From Proteromonas lacertae (Eukaryota), in contig NGBS01000609.1 of NCBI GenBank assembly GCA_002245135.1, positions 62,001-114,947 on the forward strand: a DNA stretch of 52,947 nucleotides. Direction: 5' to 3'. Below, one piece after another: positions 13,935-26,667 of the stretch. The notes under the pieces are model-generated. The model searched no databases and was not told the origin of the DNA. It saw nothing but the letters and a program-made list of their open reading frames with translations. The stretch's first letter is position 1; each line of letters begins with the position of its first letter. The position numbers were made by a program, and so were the translations under genes.

Positions 13935-16169
13935 ATGGAAGGTGATAGATCTCAATTAAGTCCAAGTGCAAATTACTACTTTAAACCTAAAGAAAGTAAA
14001 TTTAAAGAAAACAAGTTTATAAAAATAGCTAACGAGATGAGTTACCAACAAAATACTCAAACATACTATCAACCACCGTTTCAACCTACTTCACAGTATA
14101 TACCACCTCAGGATGATCCATATACAAATCCTTACTATACAGGAAGTATAGCTTATAGTCCAGATAACTTTAATCAACAACCTCCTGCTGATTATTATAA
14201 TCAATATGCAACTGGATATATACCTCAACCACCAAGACATCCTGCTTCATTAAATCCATACAAGGAAATAAAGCCGAACAATAAACCTAGAAGTGGAATT
14301 GGTATAGGATATCAAGGTGAAGCTTTTTACCATAATAAAGAATATCCCCAAGATGAATATCTACAACCACCACCACCACCATATTATGTACCATCCCCAT
14401 TTGTACAAACACAACCATATTATCCACCTCCACCTAGTGATATAAATGGATATAATTCTTACACTTACCTTCCACCTCCTCCTCCACCTCCACAATATAG
14501 TGTTGATAGTTCTGTAGTTAATACAGAAGGACAACAGAAAAGAAAAGAGAAGAAATCGAAGATAAAATCAAGTGAAAGTGATAGTGATAGTGATAGTAAT
14601 ATACAACCACCACCAATCTTTCAAGTGAATTTAAATAATAATAATGATAATTATGATTCTATAAATGAAGTAAATAGTGAAGTTAAAACAATTAATTCCG
14701 TTCAATCAGGTATTGATTCTGTTTCATCTTCATCAACTATTAGTGTTTCAAACAATATACATTCAATTGATCAAAGTAAAGATGAAGGTAGATTATCTCC
14801 AATAAACGAAATCACTGATTCATATGTAGTTCAAGTAGATAAACTAAATCCTTCGATTAATGAAAAGAAAATATCTGATATATTTAGTCTTGTTGGAAAT
14901 TTAAAATCTGTAAATATCTATGAAGATAAGAAAAGATATGCCTTAGTTGAATATTCAACTGAAGAATCAGCAATAAAAGCAATTCAGCGATTTAATGGAT
15001 TGAAGATAAATGGAGAAAGACTGTTGGTATATTGGAGTAAAATAAAGATAGAAAAGAACAAAGTAGTGTTAGATAATTTACCTTATAATGTAGAAGAAGA
15101 GAAAATTCGAAATATTTGCAGTATAATTGGAGAGATAGAATCAATAGAAATAGAAAGACCAATAAATCCAAATGAAAGAAGTCGATGTTGTATAATATTC
15201 AAAGAAAAAGAAGCATTAGAAACTGTAGAAATAATATTAGGAGATGCAGAAATTGATGGTTTACCAGTTAAAGTAATAATCGATAAGAATGACACAATAA
15301 AGTTGAATATAAATGGAAATAGGAATAAAGATGTAAATATCAAACCAATGTCAGCTCCAACACCATTACAACCATATAAAGAAATGAGTGAAAGAATAAA
15401 TGATTTAAATATAAATGATGAAAGAAAACCAAATTCAATTCCAAAAGATCAATACAATGAAAAGTCAAATGAAAATCCATCTCAATATCAACATGAAAGA
15501 GATGAAGATAAAAATAATAGTAATCTTATTCATCAACATCAATCATCATTAAACCAATGTCCACCATATCCACCTCCAGTTGATTTCTATTTAACAAATG
15601 ACTATTCAATTTCTGATAATTCTCTTCTTGTTAAAATTGATAATATTAATGCTGATGTTACTGCAAGGGAAATCTATGATATTTTCGAAGTTTTAAATAA
15701 TCTGAAATTAGTAAGTATATATGATAACGGAAAGAGATATGCATTAGTTCTATATTCATCAGTAGAATTAGCAACTAATGCAATTAAAATTTTTAATAGA
15801 TTGAGATTGAAAGGAAGTATAATATCAGTTTATGGTATTATAATGAATGGAAGAGAACTATTATGTAATATAGAATTACACAATAAGACAAAACATAACC
15901 AACAGATAGTAAATCGTGAAGTAAATACAGTATTTGTAGGATGTTTATCTCCAAATATTACTGAAGAAGACTTAAAGGAGAGATTTAGTGAAGTTGGTGA
16001 AATAAATTCAGTTAGAATATTTCGTAAAATTAACAAACCTGATTATGCATTTATAAGTTATAAAGAAATTGCAGATGTAAATGAAGCAATATGCAAATTA
16101 AATGGTGCAAAAATGAAAGGAAGATGTATAACAGTGGATATAGGTAAAAAGAAGAAATACTCGAAATAA
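13935..16169 (+). CDS. Pro/Tyr/Gln-rich N-terminus + four RRM domains, paralog 1
   Basis: Intact intronless 744-aa ORF with RNP-like motifs (KRYALVEY twice, TVFVGCL, DYAFISY). Confidence 0.85.
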   Translation: MEGDRSQLSPSANYYFKPKESKFKENKFIKIANEMSYQQNTQTYYQPPFQPTSQYIPPQDDPYTNPYYTGSIAYSPDNFNQQPPADYYNQYATGYIPQPPRHPASLNPYKEIKPNNKPRSGIGIGYQGEAFYHNKEYPQDEYLQPPPPPYYVPSPFVQTQPYYPPPPSDINGYNSYTYLPPPPPPPQYSVDSSVVNTEGQQKRKEKKSKIKSSESDSDSDSNIQPPPIFQVNLNNNNDNYDSINEVNSEVKTINSVQSGIDSVSSSSTISVSNNIHSIDQSKDEGRLSPINEITDSYVVQVDKLNPSINEKKISDIFSLVGNLKSVNIYEDKKRYALVEYSTEESAIKAIQRFNGLKINGERLLVYWSKIKIEKNKVVLDNLPYNVEEEKIRNICSIIGEIESIEIERPINPNERSRCCIIFKEKEALETVEIILGDAEIDGLPVKVIIDKNDTIKLNINGNRNKDVNIKPMSAPTPLQPYKEMSERINDLNINDERKPNSIPKDQYNEKSNENPSQYQHERDEDKNNSNLIHQHQSSLNQCPPYPPPVDFYLTNDYSISDNSLLVKIDNINADVTAREIYDIFEVLNNLKLVSIYDNGKRYALVLYSSVELATNAIKIFNRLRLKGSIISVYGIIMNGRELLCNIELHNKTKHNQQIVNREVNTVFVGCLSPNITEEDLKERFSEVGEINSVRIFRKINKPDYAFISYKEIADVNEAICKLNGAKMKGRCITVDIGKKKKYSK

Positions 16170-16559
16170 CGCAAATGAATACGTAAAACTACAGAAAACA
16201 TGACTTTTTTAAATATAGTTATAATTTCTGTATATTCATTTAATTATTATTAATGTTTATTTGAAGTAGTTTTTGTGAAAATAAAATTCTTTTTCAAATA
16301 TAATCGATAGTTAATTATAAAAGGGGAAGAGCAGAAAAATTTCGTATTGCTATAGAACTTGCTAGTCAAAAAAAAAATTATGAAGAATTTAGTGAATTTA
16401 TTCTTACTGTTTAGTTTTCTTACTTTAAAAACTTAATGAAGAATACAATAGGAATGAGAGTATTTATTGCTGATATTACTGTGAATATAGTTCTTACTGA
16501 ATTGAAGTTTTTAAATTCAAATTTAACAAAATGCCAAACTTGTAGCTCGAACAAGTATT

Positions 16560-17283
16560 ATGAAATTTAATAACAACCAAATAAATACTAATCCGTATAT
16601 GAAATCAAACAATTTTGCCAGTTAATTCAACTTCACCTGTGTTAAACACAAATTCTGCATGTTCTATGGATTATATAAAATGGTATTTAGAAAACAAAGG
16701 TAGTGTAGAATATTATAAAAACGAGAGTAATTTTCAAATTCCTACAGAAGAAGAAATAAGAAATTATTATGTTTATATACAACAACATCCATTATACCAA
16801 CAACAACCTCCACCTCCACCTACAACAAAAGAAACATCTCCAAAAATGATTGATCATGAAAGTGATAAACAACCCAATCAACCTAATTCACAGTATATAC
16901 CACCTCAAAGTGATCTATATACAAATCCTTACTATACAGGAAGTATACCTTCTCTAGTGAATTTTAATCAACAACCTCCTGCTGATTATTATAATCAATA
17001 TGCAACTGGATATATACCTCAACCACCAAGACATCCAGCTTTATTAAACCCATATGAAGCTGATGCTTATAACTATGTTAAACAACATCCCTCCCCATTT
17101 GTACAAACACAGCCATATTATCCAACTCCACCTAGTGATATAAATGGATATAATTCTTACACTCACTTTCCACCTCCTCCACTTGTTCCACCTAATGTTG
17201 ATAATTCTGTAGTTAATACAGAAGATGAACAGAAAAGAAAAGAGAAGAAATCGAAGATAAAATCAAGTGAAAGTGATAGTGAT
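16560..17283 (+). pseudogene. 5' fragment of an RRM-family paralog
   Basis: Shares YTNPYYTG...NFNQQPPADYYNQYATGYIPQPPRHPA...KSSESDSD with paralog 1. Homology stops at about 17283 before any RRM. ATG 16560 needs a frameshift. Confidence 0.7.
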
Positions 17284-18010
17284 CGTTATTTAAATTACTC
17301 AAATAGCAGTTATAATAGCAGTTATAGTTGCTGTAGTATAAAATCTTCACCTATTATCTAACTTTGTTAAAATCTATTTTAATAACTTACTGAGTAACAT
17401 TTATTTTATACAAACTATCATACTATATAAAATATTATTCTTGCTTCTTGTTTTACTTTAATTACCATAGTTAGAATAAGATTGGTTGAAATTGTATAAA
17501 TATCTATGCTAATATATTAATATTCATCTACAAACTACTCAATAGTGATATTTAACATATTTATAAACAACTTGTTATTTTGATGATTAATTTATATTGA
17601 TTGCTATCTCTATAAAACAAATTTTAATGTAATTATAATAATAAACCTCTATTTCTGGATATTAATAATTTATCTTCAATAAATCTCTTACTTTCTCAGT
17701 TTCTGAAAATAAATAAGCATTATAAAACTATCTTAGAGGTATAATTTATCCTAATTTGAAGCAAAACCTTCTAAATTCTGGTGAGTCTAATATTGTGGTA
17801 CTGACTGCATTGAAGGTTATTAATTTACATAGATCTTTGTTGACAGAATCTGAATTGACTTTGGCTTTTACCATATGTAATAATCTGAATATTTTATTTT
17901 AATCACGTTTTCCAAAACATTTTGAAGTAGTTAATATTTTTATGAAACATTTTATAATTGAATTAATCCACAACTTCTTTCGATGTGATATGGGGTAATG
18001 TGATATCCCT
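17284..18010 (-). mobile_element. Degenerate hAT-like transposase relic
   Basis: Minus strand 17880-17690 reads DLCKLITFNAVSTTILDSPEFRRFCFKLG*IIPLR*FYNAYLFSETEKVR, resembling the hAT pfsivdsp.Fr...lPsR block, with stops. Boundaries approximate. Confidence 0.45.
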
Positions 18011-18512
18011 ATAGTTTCATATATTATAAAGTCTTATAAATATTGAGTAATTATACATTTAAATGATCTAAATCTTAAAAAATAAAGATTTACTTAGTCA
18101 AACCATCAAGCTTGATGTTTTTTCTTTTATTTTTTTATTCTATAATTAATTCATTATTATGCTAATAATATGTTATTGTGAGTCATCATTGAGAAATAGA
18201 TCAAAATAATAGTAATATAAAAAGTGCATCGACCGACTGTCAAATTTGATATTTGAAAAATGATGTATAAAACATTAATTATGTATTTATGGTTAGATAA
18301 TATGCTTCTTAACTTATGTTCAATAGGAGGTCAACTAATAGTTAGTATAAGGAAGGTAAAGGTCAAGCTAAAGATATAGGTTTTGACCTATAGGTAAACC
18401 TATATTTTTTGACTGAAAAATGCAATACTGCTCATTATTGATTTATTCAGTGTAACTGATTTGAATGAGAATGAAATGATCACATTTCCATATAGTGTTG
18501 TATGAAAAGATT

Positions 18513-18941
18513 GATCATAATAAAAAACCTTATACTTGGCCAATGCTTAATAAACCATTACATGCAACAGTTAGGCTAATAAAAATAAAGAATTTTGAGA
18601 AAAAAGAAGTAGAAAATATATTTGAGAATTATGGTATTAATAGTATTGAAGAAATTTCTCCAAATTGTTTTGAAGTTGCCTTATTGAATGAAGAAATATG
18701 TAATAAAGCAATGAAAGAGTTAGATGAAGCAGAGTTTAATCATAAGATAATTTATTTAGAATGGGGAGAAAAAAAGAAAGTGAAACGAAATTTAAATACA
18801 GTATTTGTAGGATGTTTATCTCCTGAAGTTACAGAAGCTGATTTAAGCAAAATATTTAGTGAAATAGGAGAACTAGATAGTCTGAAAATATTTCGACAAA
18901 AAGGAGCGAGAGATGCACCAGATTATGCATATGTGAATTAT
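18513..18941 (+). pseudogene. 3' fragment of an RRM-family paralog
   Basis: Nearly identical to about 29946-30370 (NKKPYTWPMLNKPLH...DAPDYAYVNY). Homology is lost at both ends. Confidence 0.75.
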
Positions 18942-19101
18942 GGAAAGTCAATACTTATTCTATACTCAATACTCAATCATTCTATGGAAAGTCAATATTC
19001 TATTGTATATCCTGCTTAAAATAATGATTTTACATACAAATAATAACATACAAAAATTAATAAATTTTTTAAAACTTCAAATCAAAGCTTGAACAAGTGT
19101 A

Positions 19102-20366
19102 ATGGAAGATGATGATTGTATATTAAACCCAAATCCTGTTATTAAACCAGACGAAAGAAACACTAAACAAAATAAGTTTATGAAGTTGCATAACATTTGG
19201 GTTAAACAAAACACTCAAGTATGCTCTCAAATGCATTATCAAAGTAATTCGCAATACTTAATGTTACAAGACAATCCATTTGCTTATTCACACTGCACAA
19301 GAAGTATACCATATCCAGAGAATATATATAAACAAACTCCTCCTAATAATGTTTGTCAATTACCTGTTGCATATGAGAATGAGTATAATCCTCCCCTACC
19401 TCCTTCATCTCCTACTTATCCTTCATTTGTTGATGCAAAAGAGCAACAACAAATAACGCCAAAAGATCATGAAAAATCAAATACAAGTTTAAGTAGTAAT
19501 AATGAAAGTGATAATAGTAAAGACATTAGTGATGATATTCCAACACCCATTATCCAATCAAATCAATCAACCATGAAGATAGATTCAACAGTTGAAATAT
19601 GTTCTATAAATGAAGAAGTAGTAAGTGATTCTTATGTATTCGAGTAGATAAAGTACATCCAACAGTAACTGAAAAGAAAATATCTGATATATTTAGTCTT
19701 GTTGGAAATTTAAAATCAGTGAAGATCTATGAAGATGAAAAGAGATATGCCTTAATTGAATATTCAACTGAAAAATCAGCAAAAAAGCAATTCAAAAGTT
19801 TAATGGATTTGAAATTAAATGGAGATGAAATATTAGTTTGATTGGAGTAAAACAAAAATGAAATAAGAGTAAAGTAATTCTTGAAAATCTACCATATAAT
19901 GTAGAAGAAGAAAAGATTCGAAATATATGCTGATGTGATTGGTGAAATAAAATCAATGGAAATAGAAAGACCAATAAATCCAAATGAAAGAAGTCGATGT
20001 TGTATAATATTCAAAGAAAAAGAAGCATTAGAAACTGTAGAAATAATATTAGGAGATGCAGAAATTGATGGTTTACCAATTAAAGTAATAATTGATAAAA
20101 ATTCACTTCCTGTTAATGTATGTAAAAAATCTGATGTTGAATTATCTTCTAAATCATTATATACACAATTAATAATTAAAGATTTCAATAAAAGTGAAGT
20201 AGAAGAAATATTTAAAAATTATGAAATAGTATTAATTAATGAAATATCAGTTGGTTGTTATGAAGTATTTTTAGAGAATGAAGAAAAGTGTAAGAAAGCA
20301 AAGAAGGATTTAGATGGAGTAGAATATAATGATAAGATAATTCATATAGAAATAGAGAGAAAATAA
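19102..20366 (+). pseudogene. RRM-family paralog with several frameshifts, lacking the last RRM
   Basis: Homologous RRM1/RRM2 DNA with several single-base indels at 19640-19935. Some could be assembly errors. Confidence 0.7.
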
Positions 20367-20650
20367 AAGATATCTTTCCTACATTTGGCAATTTATCTCT
20401 TCTGTATTAATATATATTGACAAAGAATTTTAGTATTGTTTTTTTATGTTGTATAAAATAATGATTAACTAACTTAAATTTTCAACGAAGTTACTAAATT
20501 AGTAGTATTTAACCTTTTAATTATAACACTTTCATGTTATGAGTGAAATACATAGAATATTCATCTTAATATTGTTGCAACAGTGTTAACATAAACAAAA
20601 ATTTAAAGTATTTACATACACAAGTTTTCATCAAGCTTTTTACTGAATAG

Positions 20651-22803
20651 ATGAAAAATAGCAATTTCAAGTTAAACGCTAATGCAAATCCTTATAATAT
20701 AGATAAAAATAATAGAAGCGAGAATAGATTTATTAATATTTCTATTCATCAAAATACGCAGCATAAGCAAGCTAATAATATGCAATATATGCAAAGTCAA
20801 AATAATCCTTATATAAATCCATTTTACACAGATAATCTAAATTATACTCCAGATAACTTTAACCAACCAACTCCTGCTGATTATTACTCTCAATATGCAG
20901 CAGGATATAAGCCAGTACAACCAAGACATCCTGCTTCGTTAAATCCACAAAGGGATACTCCTCCAGATTATCAAACAAATCACCACCGTAAAACAGGTAT
21001 TGGTATAGGATATCAAGCAGAAGCTTATTATCAAACACAGCAAATGTCACCACCGCCTCAATGTGGTTATACACCATACATACAACAACAACAACAACAG
21101 TTTTATCCACCTCCACCTTCTTATATCAATGATAATACAACTTTGAATCAGTTGCCTCCATATCCTCAACAACAATATTATCCATCTGCAGCAGCAATTC
21201 CATCTCCATCACTTATATCTCCATCTGTTGCTAATATTCCTCCACCTGTAACTGTTGATATAGAAGATGAGAAAAATCTAGAAGTAAAGGCAAATTCAAG
21301 TGGTGATAGTAGTGAAAGTGAAGAGAATGTTGTTCCAATTGTACAAGCAGCAAATCTTTTGAATAATAATAATGGTAATTCAATAGTTGAAGCTGAAAGT
21401 AATACTGACAGTGTGATATCATCAATAGATTATAATCGTACAGGTATTGATTCAGTTTCATCTTCATCATCATCTTCAATTGATGCAAGTAATTCTTATT
21501 CCATTAGTCAAACACAGGATGTAGATAGATTATCTCCAATTAACGAAATCACTGATTCATATGTTGTTCAAGTAGATAAACTAAATCCTTCGATTAATGA
21601 AAAGAAAATATCTGATATATTTAGTCTTGTTGGAAATTTAAAATCTGTAAATATTTATGAAGATAAGAAAAGATATGCCTTAGTTGAATATTCAACTGAA
21701 GAATCAGCAATAAAAGCAATTCAGCGATTTAATGGATTGAACATAAAAGGAGATAAATTGTTAGTTTTTTGGAGTAAAACAAAACGGAAATAAATAAAAT
21801 AATTCTTGAAAATCTACCTTATAATGTAGAAGAAGAAAAGATTCGAAATATATGTGATGTGATTGGTGAAATAAAATCAATGGAAATAGAAAGACCAATA
21901 AATCCAAATGAAAGAAGTCGATGTTGTATAATATTCAAAGAAAAAGAAGCATTAGAAACTGTAGAAATAATATTAGGAGATGCAGAAATTGATGGTTTAC
22001 CAATTAAAGTAATAATCGATAAGAATGACACAATAAAGTTAAATACATATCGAAATATAAGTAAAAATAACAATGATGAACCATCTTCAGCTCCAACACC
22101 TCTACAACCATACAAAATGAATGAGAAAATATCTGATTATAATGAATATCCAAAAGAAGAAATATTAAGAGAAAGAATATCAAATGTAAGAATTAGTGAT
22201 GATAATATAAAAACAAATCCTTTACGAACATGTAATGAAAGTGAAAGATTACCACTTAGTAATAGACCCAATACATGTACATATAATAAATCAGCATATG
22301 AAATGATATCACCATTAATAATTCGAAACTTTAACAAAGAAGAAGTGAAAAATATATTCGAGAATTATGGTATAAAGAATATAGAAGAACTTTCTCCAAA
22401 TCTATTTGAAGTGATTTTATTGAATGATGAAAATGCAAATTTAGCGATGAAATGTTTAGAAGGAGTAGAATACAGCCATAGAATCATTCATTTAGAATGG
22501 GGAGAACCAAGAAAAGAAAAACGACATCTAAATACAGTATTTGTTGGATGTATAACTGAAGCAGTAACAGAAAAAGATTTAACAGATAATTTTGGTGGAA
22601 TTGGTGCGATTGACTCAATAAAAATATTCCGAAAGAATAAAGAAGGAAAACCTGACTATGCCTATGTTAATTTTGTCGAAGCTAAATGTGTAGATGAAGC
22701 CATAAAGAAACTAAATGGTCGGAATATAAAAGGAAGATATATCACAGTTCAATATCCTAAAGAGAAAAAAACAAAAACAAAAGCAAAAACAAAAACAAAA
22801 TAG
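20651..22803 (+). pseudogene. RRM-family paralog split by a single frameshift near 21790
   Basis: ORFs 20651-21793 and 21859-22803 join if 1 nt is restored (23 nt versus 24 nt in intact copies between WS and the RRM2 start). May be intact in vivo. Confidence 0.65.
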
Positions 22804-23624
22804 AAACTGTTTTTTGATGCAAACAACAAAGACTATTATTTAAAATAACGCTAAAGAGTATTTACTCTCTTTAGGATATGCTATTCATCAATATAAAAAT
22901 ATTGATTATATTTTTTATAAATTAGTTGTTGTTGAAATAATTCTATTTCAAAAAAATATAACATATAACACATGTAGAATTAGTAAACTTAGGTTGATTA
23001 ATTGTTAATTATGAAATATTATATTTCTGAAAATTAACTCGTTTCATAATTTGGCTTGATTTCAAAAAAAAATTTCATTTTCTTTACATTGTCATACTCA
23101 AAATCATGGATAATAATAGTAAATCATACTGTGCTAATGAAAATATAGATAGTGGAATGAAAAGCGATAGATGTGAGAATTATTCAGTTGATGAAGTTGA
23201 AGTAGACTATGGTGCAAGTGAATACAAGATAAGAGAGAGTATGAGATAAAATTCATTTGTATTGTAGAATGCATAGATACGTTGAAATGGTTGAATTATT
23301 TTAAAAAATCAGAAGCTGATGATGTAGTAAATATATTTAAATATTCATATATAACATAAGTGAGCGAAATTAGTGTAAGGTGTGTTAAAAATGTTAAAAA
23401 TCGAAAGTATAATAATAATGAATATTTATATATACATAGTCTATAATAAAAAAAGAAAGTAAGAAATTCTCCAAGAATAGTATAATTAAAGTAACAAATT
23501 CTGCTAGTTCTGCTTCAGTAGCAAGAATTTTTGACTGATCAGAAAAAAATATCATTTTTTAATATCAAACAATAGTTACTTAATTGATTAAACTATTGAA
23601 CCAAATTCCCCATTAGAATTGCAA

Positions 23625-24385
23625 TATGTCTAATAGAATCATCAGTAATTGTAAGTATATACTTTCTTGTTAGTTTATTTTCTGCCATAATCCGATTTAT
23701 TTTAGTATGTGTTATTTATGTTATATTTTCAATAGATGAACAACTTATTAGTTGTATTAATCATCAAAATAACAGAAATATATATATTGTTATACATGCT
23801 TCTTTATTCTTTCATTTATCAATTAAAGAATTTTCACACAAAATTGGTATTAGATTAAAACCACCATCCTCTTTTTCTGTTTGGTATGGAATCTATCAAA
23901 TTATAATCGTTTTATTATTCTACAAGCTATACTCAAGTATATTATTTAATAACAACACTACAGGAATAGAAAAATCGTTAATCAATCCATTTATAGAAGA
24001 AGTAATATTTAGAGGGATAATATATCATCATATTATGTAGAATAGATACACAGAAATTAACAAATGCATATTAATGAGTTCAACCTTCTTTTCTTTGTTT
24101 CATTTAATCAATTTCTTTAATAATGAATATGATTATGTTTATGTAATATTTCAATTGATTCGGGCATTTTTATTTGGTTTAATATCAAATTTTATGTTAG
24201 TAATAAATGATAATTTGATAAGTGGATATTTCCTTCATATAGTGAATAATTTAATGTTTTTTTTAATTGGTTTTAGAAGTGAGAATATATTAAATCACAT
24301 TCCATTGATTATTGTTCAAAATGTGGTTGATATGTTAATTGTGTTTTATAGTTATAATATAATAAAGAGGTTAAAAGAAGAATGA
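23625..24385 (+). pseudogene. CPBP/Abi (Rce1-like CAAX) intramembrane protease, disrupted
   Basis: INPFIEEVIFRG, FFSLFH and FLHIVNN motifs. In-frame TAG at 24038-24040 and an apparent frameshift in an (AT)n run near 23780. Degraded upstream exons possibly from 23106. Confidence 0.65.
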
Positions 24386-24980
24386 TTATTTTTTGTAGTT
24401 AGTAATTAATTATAGATATATTTATAATATGTTTTTTTAATCCTTTTAAACAACAACGCTTGATGTAATAAGCATTTTAAAATATAAAATGATTTGTGAT
24501 GTTAAATATTAGAAAATTAGATGTGTGAATGGTGAAAGTGAAGAAGCTGTGAAAGTAGATCGTTCTGAATATGATTTATAAATAACTGATTGATTTTCTA
24601 ATATTTTAATAATATTTGTGTTTTTCTTTACCAGTATAATAATATAACATAATAAATACAGATAAATTATTAGAAATTCTTCTTTAAAACACAAAAGTAG
24701 TTTATTTCTATTATCAATCAATATAATTATATATAGATTATTTGGCGTCATTTATAAATATTTCATTATTCTATTCTTTCTATTAACACTCTACTTCACT
24801 ACACTCTCACTATTTACTCACAATTACTATTAATATCTACAGAATAATTATGAAAAATAACAATATTAAAACTAAAAATGAGTATTTACATATAAATTAT
24901 CAATTTACATAAAAAACAGAAAAATATTGGCTTGGCTTGAATTAATTACATAAAAATTTCAAAAAAACATTAGAACTGAT

Positions 24981-26667
24981 ATGAATGTAGATGAAATAAA
25001 GGAACTATTGAAGAATAAAGATGTGGTCAAATTGAACGAAATATTGAATGACATGAAAAGCAAAAGTAGTAGTGAAGAGACTTATAAAGTATATAAAATG
25101 ATAGGAGATTATTATTATGATAATGTATATAAAATAGAATTTATGATGAATAGAAAGAATATGAGTCAGCAATTCCATACTTTAAAACATCATTAGAATA
25201 CCCTACATCAAATGAAAATAAAGAATGTAATAATATAAAGATCGGTTGGTGTTATGAAGAATTAGTATTAATGATGAATATAATATAAATTAGAGAGAAT
25301 TTGAATCAGCAATTCCATATTATAAAAGTGCTTTAGAATACCCTACATCAAATGAAAATAAAGAATTTAGTAATAGATGCTTAGGTCGTTGTTATTATGA
25401 TTTAGTATAATTATGATAATATTTCTGTTAATAGAAAGAATTTGAATCAGCAATTCCATATTATAAAAGTGCTTTGGAATATTCATCATCAAATGAAAGA
25501 AAAGGCTGGAATAATAATGGATTAGGTGTTTGTTATCATCATTTAGTATAAGAATAATATTATTTTGTGATTAGGAAGAATATAGAATAGCAATTCAATA
25601 TTACAAGACTGCTTTATTATTTACTTCATCAGATGTAGAAAAATCAATAAATAATGGAAATATTGGACTTTGTTACTATAAAATGGTATTTATATTTATA
25701 TATTTATGATACTGAATAGAAACATTATAATGATGGAATTATGTATTATAAAACATCATTAGAATATTCATCATCAAATGAAAGAAAAGGCTGGAATAAT
25801 AATTGGTTAGGTTATTGTTATTATTATTTAGTATATTCACTATAATAAAATGAAATAGAAAGAATATGAGAAAGCACTTCCATACTTTAAAACATCATTA
25901 GAATATTCATCATCAAATGAAGAAAAAGAAGAGAATAATAGAATGATTGGTTGTTGTTATTATGATTTAGTATAATTATGATAATATTTCTGTTAATAGA
26001 AAGAATATGAAAAAGCAATTCCATATTATAAAAGTGCTTTAGAATACCCTACATCAAATGAAAATAAAGAATTTAGTAATAGATGCTTAGGTCGTTGTTA
26101 TTATGATTTAGTATAATTATGATAATATTTCTGTTAATAGAAAGAATATGAAAAAGCAATTCCATATTTTAACATTGCTTTGGAACATTCATCATCAAAT
26201 GAAAGAAAAGGCTGGAATAATAATTGGTTAGGATGTTGTTATTATTATTTAGTATATTCACTATAATAAAATAAGCTAGAAAGAATATGAAAAAGCATTG
26301 GAATATTATAATACTGCATTAGGTTATTTAGAAGATGAAAAAGATAAATATCTAGTAATGTCAAATATAGCAGAATGTTATTTGGAAATAGGAGAAAAAG
26401 AAAAGACAATTTCATATTTGAATGAAATAAAAGAAGAATTATGTAATGAAAATACAAAATATTGTTATAATAAAGTAATGGGAAAATATTATCTTCAAAT
26501 TGTATTATTTGATAATTGATATATGATATAAATAGAAAGAAAAAGAAAAAGAAAAGAGTAAAGAATATTTAGAAAAATCACTCAAATATGTAAATAATCT
26601 AATGAATGATGATAAACAAAGAGAAGAAATAAACAAATTGCTAGAAGAATTAAACAAAATGAATTAA
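24981..26667 (+). CDS. TPR-like repeat protein (~461 aa, 11 exons)
   Basis: Exons 24981-25124, eight 111-nt exons (starting 25154, 25294, 25435, 25575, 25720, 25859, 26000, 26141), 26280-26501 and 26536-26667. Introns are phase-0, 28-34 nt, GT-AG. Repeat KEYE.AIPYYK.ALEY...LG.CYY.L. Confidence 0.9.

Noticed and set aside
21788..21793. Programmed frameshift at AAA-TAA (Euplotes-like)
   Set aside because: Intact paralogs have no shift here, and the 19102 copy has a different indel. Mutation or sequencing error is simpler.
24038..24040. Stop-codon reassignment suggested by in-frame TAG (and TGA at 36762)
   Set aside because: TAG terminates the dynein light chain normally, and long conserved genes contain no in-frame stops. 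The CPBP locus has another lesion, and the LRR paralog is also broken.
25154..26279. CRISPR-like repeat/spacer periodicity
   Set aside because: The repeats are GT-AG introns and TPR exons of a eukaryotic gene. No cas genes.
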